From Chiloscyllium plagiosum (taxonomy: Eukaryota), in NCBI RefSeq assembly GCF_004010195.1, contig NW_025214241.1:1-40667 (forward strand): a DNA stretch of 40,667 bases. Reading direction: 5' to 3'. Shown piece after piece: positions 36,701-40,667 of the stretch (its first letter is position 1; each line of letters opens with the position of its first letter). The position numbers and the translations under genes are program-made. Under the pieces are notes generated by a model. That model did no database searches and was not told the origin of the DNA. It worked only from the letters and a program-made list of their open reading frames with translations.

Positions 36701-37560
36701 AAGTGCTGGATGTCTTGAAATGCATAAAAGTGGATAAATTCCCCAGGACCTGATCAGGTGTTATATGATCGATAGTCACAGGTGAGGTGCCGGAAGACTG
36801 GAGATTGGTTAACGTGGTGCTACTATTTAAGAAAGGTGGTAAGGACAAGCCAGGGAACTATAGACCGGTGAGCATGACTTTGTTGGTGGGCAAGTTGTTG
36901 GATGGAATCCTGGGGGACAGGATGTACATATATTTAGAAAGGTAAGGACTGATTAGGGATAGTCAACATAGTTTTGTGCGTGGGAATTCATGCCTCACAA
37001 ACTTGATTGAGTTTTTTGAAGATTTAACAAAGAGGATTGATGAGGGCAGAACGGTAGGTGTGATCTATATGGACTTCAGTAAGGCATCCAACAAGGTTCC
37101 TCATGGGAGACTGGTGAGCAAGGTTAGATTTCATGGAATCCAGAAAGAACTAGCCATTTGGATACAGAACTGGCTCAAAGGTAGAAGACAGAGGGAGGTG
37201 GTGCAGGGTCGCTTTTCAGAATGGAGGCCTGTGTCTAGTGGAGTGCCACAAGGATCGGTGCTGGGTCCACAACCTTTCTTCATTTATATAAGTCATTTGG
37301 ATGTGAGCATAAGAGGTACGGTTAGTACGTTTGCAGATGACACCAAGATTGGAGGTGGAGTGGACAGCAAAGAAGGTTTCCTCAGATTACAATGGGATCT
37401 TGACCAGATGGGCCAATGGGCTGAGAAGTGGCAGATGGAGTTTAATTTAGATAAATGTGAGGTGCTGCATTTGGGGAAAACAAAACTTAGCAGGACTATA
37501 CACTTAAAGGTAAGGTCCTAGGGAGTGTTGCTGAACAAAGAGACTTTGGAGTGTAGGTTC
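33790..37560 (+). mobile_element. Long degenerate CR1-type LINE: 5' region, ORF1 (Cys motif plus GDSL/SGNH esterase-like), ORF2 (AP endonuclease plus reverse transcriptase), 3'-truncated
   Basis: CFSCRMWEF ~34420; FGDSLVR ~34826; endonuclease CIYFN...DIITITETWL ~35460-35565; RT motifs YMDFSKA, GVPQGSVLGP, FADDTKIGG in 36976-37521; many stops and frameshifts. Confidence 0.88.
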
Positions 37561-38063
37561 GAAAAGTTACTCACACCCACTGCTGAATTGTAGGAGAGCA
37601 AGGGGTCATGGTCTCAGCATACAGGGTAGGCCATTTTGGACTGAACTGAGAAGAACTTTCTTCAGAGGCTGGTGAACCTGTGGAGTTCTCAGAATCCTCA
37701 GAAACCTGGGGAGGTTGTGTCACTGAACATGGTTAACAAGAAAATAGAGGTTAAGGGTATAAATGGGAATGGGAAGAGAGAAGGGAAATGGCATTGAGAT
37801 AGAGGATCAGCATGATCAGACTGAATGAACCAAATGGCATGTTCCCGCTCCGAGTTTCTATTTTTAATGTTCTAGCTGCAGTGTAGCTTCAATCAATATC
37901 AGCCGGAGATTTTACTGGTTAAAAAGGATTCAAAATTAAATTCCATCTTGTCCTTACTTCATATTGATCATGATCAATGCAAAACTGTCTTCAGTAAAAT
38001 TGTGAGGGTTACTGACAACAACCAATATCCATTCCTCTGAGACTTTTCCTTTCTCATTCCCAG

Positions 38064-38366
38064 AAATGTCTATATTTATCCGAAATCCTTCTATTTTGGA
38101 GATTTGGATCAATAAGACTGCTACTGTGGAGTGTGCAGTGGTCTGTTCTGATCCAAGCCAGGTTCAGATCTCCTGGGAAGTCAGCGGTAAGAAGAGACGT
38201 GAAGTGATTAAGACTCAGCAGTTAATACAGGAAGGAAGCTTACCCACGGTCATCAGTCAACTCCAAACCAGTGCTGAGGAGTGGGAGAGTGGGGTCGATT
38301 TTGTGTGCTCTGCCCAAAGTGCTTCCTCATCCTCACCGATGTCAAAGCAAATACGTGGAGTAAAAG
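38064..38366 (+). CDS. IgW: IgW constant exon CH3d
   Basis: Acceptor tcccag|; nearly identical to CH3c; donor G|gtaggc; 303 nt. Confidence 0.92.
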
Positions 38367-38456
38367 GTAGGCAATCAGATCAGAACTTAAATGCCTGAAC
38401 TTGTTAATCCCGTGAGAAATGATGAAATAGCTTTCTCGTTTGCCCATCTGTTCCAG

Positions 38457-38774
38457 TTGAGCCAAAAAGTCCCAAGGTCAGACTGCTGCTTGTACCACCG
38501 CAAGAGAGCAAGAATAAAAACACAGTCACATTTGAGTGTGTGATCACTGAGTTCTACCCAGACCTCGTGTACGTCTCCTGGGAGAAAGACGGCACTCTGA
38601 TCTCCTCCAACACCAGCGCTGGACTGACTGCTCTAGAACAGGCACAGACATTTCGTGTCAGGCATTACCTGACTGTGAGTGCAGAGGAGTGGAGGAAAGG
38701 CTCAGTTGTCGTCTGTACAGTGTTCCATCCCTCCTCCAATTCCACCATCAGTGCCACACTGAAGAACTTCGAAG
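38457..38774 (+). CDS. IgW: IgW constant exon CH4d
   Basis: Acceptor ttccag|; EPKSPKVRLLLVPPQESKNKNTVTFECVITEFYPDLVYVSW...VVCTVFH; donor G|gtaggg; 318 nt, open. Confidence 0.92.
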
Positions 38775-39494
38775 GTAGGGTGTTGGGCGTAATTCCAACA
38801 TGGAAATCATTTATCCTCACTGCTGAAAACTTTATTAGGACTACTCAAGTTCAACATGAACAATGTACATGTCATAGCCATAGCAGGTTTGTCGTGCCTT
38901 TCACAAAGTCAATATGTCCCAAAATACTTCACTGTTGATCAAATGCGTTTTTAGCAGTGCAGTTATTGTTCCAATGTAAGAAATATATGAACTAATTTCT
39001 GCACAATAAGGGCCCACAAACAGCAATATCATAATAACCAGAGAGAAGGGAGAGTGGCCACAGAGGAGACCTCCCTTTCTCTTGTCTGAACTTGCAGCCA
39101 GAAGATCTCTTTGGTATGTGTGATGTGATGAGGGGCCTTATGTTTACTGTTTTGTGTAAAAAGACGGCATGTCTGGCAGCACAACATTCCCTCAGGACTG
39201 GTATTGGGGAGATCAGTCGGGATGATGAGCTCAGGTCTTTTGAGTGGGGTTTGAAAATAAAACCTTTGTTGAGAAAGGAGAAATCCCTGACAATGTTCAA
39301 AGGTAGACAAGTGCAGTTAGTAATCCAGAGAATACGGTTCAAATTTCAGGCAGTTTCAGAATTTGAATTCAACTAAAGATTGGAAATAAAATGTCAGAAT
39401 TAGAAAAATTAACCCTGAAGCTGTGGGAATTTGGTTGGTAGTTCTTTCTTTAGGGACAGATACTAGCTGTTCTTATACTTCAACCCTGCAGGAG

Positions 39495-40470
39495 GCCTGT
39501 CACCATCGGGGTTCCCGAGGGCACTGGTTCTGAGTCCTCGTCTGTTTGACATTTACATAAAAGATCTAGATGAGAATATGGAAAGCACGGTTAGTAAAAT
39601 TAGTAGTACATCAGACAGTGAAGAAGGTTTGCTAAGGTTTCAAAGGGATCTTTATCAAATAGGTCAATGAGCTGAAAAAATGGCTGGAGTTCAATGTGGA
39701 TAAATACGAGATATTACACTTTGGTACAACAAATAATGGTAGGGCTGATGCTATGAATGGGAGAGCCTTGGGTAATGTTGTAGAAAAGAGGAACTGAAGA
39801 GTCCAGGTACATAATTCTTTGATGTTTGCGTCACATGAGACAGGTTGGTAAAAAGATATTTAGCATACTTGCCTTCATTACTCAGTCCTTTGAGTATAAG
39901 AGTTGGGAAGCCATGTTGAGGTTGAAAAGGACACTCATGAGATCACTTCTGAAATACTGTGTCCAGTTCTGGTTACCCAGTTATAGGAAGGGTATTATTC
40001 AGCTGGAGAGGGTTCAGAAGAGATTGACCAGGATACTGCCGGGTATGGAAGATTTGAGTTATAAAGAAGACTGGATTGGCAGGAAATTTTTCCACTGTCG
40101 GAGGTTGAGAGGCGACCTGATAGAAGTTTATAAAATAATGAGGGGAACAGATAGGGTTAATGATAGTTATCTTTTCCCAATAATGGGGGATTTCAAGAGT
40201 GTGATATATATTTAAGATGAGAGGAGAGAGATTTTAAAAGGACAAGAGAGGCAAAATGGTTTGTGTGTAGAATGAAGATCCTGAGGAAGTGGTTGATGTG
40301 GGTACAATTACAATGTTGAAAAGACATTTGGAGAAGTACATGAATAGGAAACGTGAGGAGGAATATGGACCAGGAGCAGGCAGGTGGGACTAGTTTAGTT
40401 TGGAATTATGTTCGGCATGGACAGGTTGGACCGTAGGGTCTATTTCTGTGCTGTATGGCTCTTTGACCCT
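39495..40470 (+). mobile_element. Degenerate CR1-like LINE 3' portion
   Basis: LLKYCVQFWLPSYRKGIIQLERVQKRLTRILPG and RRLRGDLIEVYKIMRG; LINE-type tail at ~40425-40470. Confidence 0.82.
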
Positions 40471-40643
40471 CTGACTGGTGTTTCCATGCACACAACAATG
40501 TCGCTGAGTCATAACTGCCCTCTGAAAGAGCTGAGGAAGTTATTAGTTGTATGTCTGGTGGTGAGCATGAATTGTCATCTTTGCAAGTGACACACACATC
40601 CCACTGGGGAGTTAGGAATTAATCATTGCCGTTCTCCTCCCAG

Positions 40644-40667
40644 ATGAATGTTTGGATTCCAGAATCT
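40644..40667 (+). CDS. IgW: Probable start of the next constant exon (CH5-type; DECLDSRI...), running off the window
   Basis: Polypyrimidine acceptor ttctcctcccag| with an open phase-1 frame and an early Cys; only 24 nt visible. Confidence 0.5.

Noticed and set aside
36976-37521. Active reverse transcriptase gene
   Set aside because: Fragment of a CR1 copy with many stops and frameshifts and a missing 3' end.

Overview
This is vertebrate DNA, not microbial: one germline, unrearranged immunoglobulin heavy-chain cluster (minilocus) of a cartilaginous fish, most consistent with IgW, the IgD orthologue of sharks and skates. All Ig elements are on the + strand: leader, V(23-RSS), (12)D1(22), (12)D2(12), (23)J, an 8.4-kb intron, then an unusually expanded constant region. 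The constant region runs: two tandem CH1-type exons, CH2, Cys-rich secretory exon S1, CH3a-CH4a, S2, CH3b plus an internally deleted CH4b, S3, CH3c-CH4c (cut by a 745-N gap), CH3d-CH4d, and the first 24 nt of a probable further C exon at the window edge. That is 11 C-domain exons or remnants plus the start of a 12th, and three interspersed secretory-tail exons, all with phase-1 splice junctions. The introns hold degenerate CR1-like LINEs, SINEs, a 2-kb 29-bp minisatellite and a 1248-bp tandem duplication. No transmembrane exon was seen. Most ORFs in the supplied track are spurious. Ig coordinates were read by hand from splice sites and RSSs; transposon boundaries are approximate.
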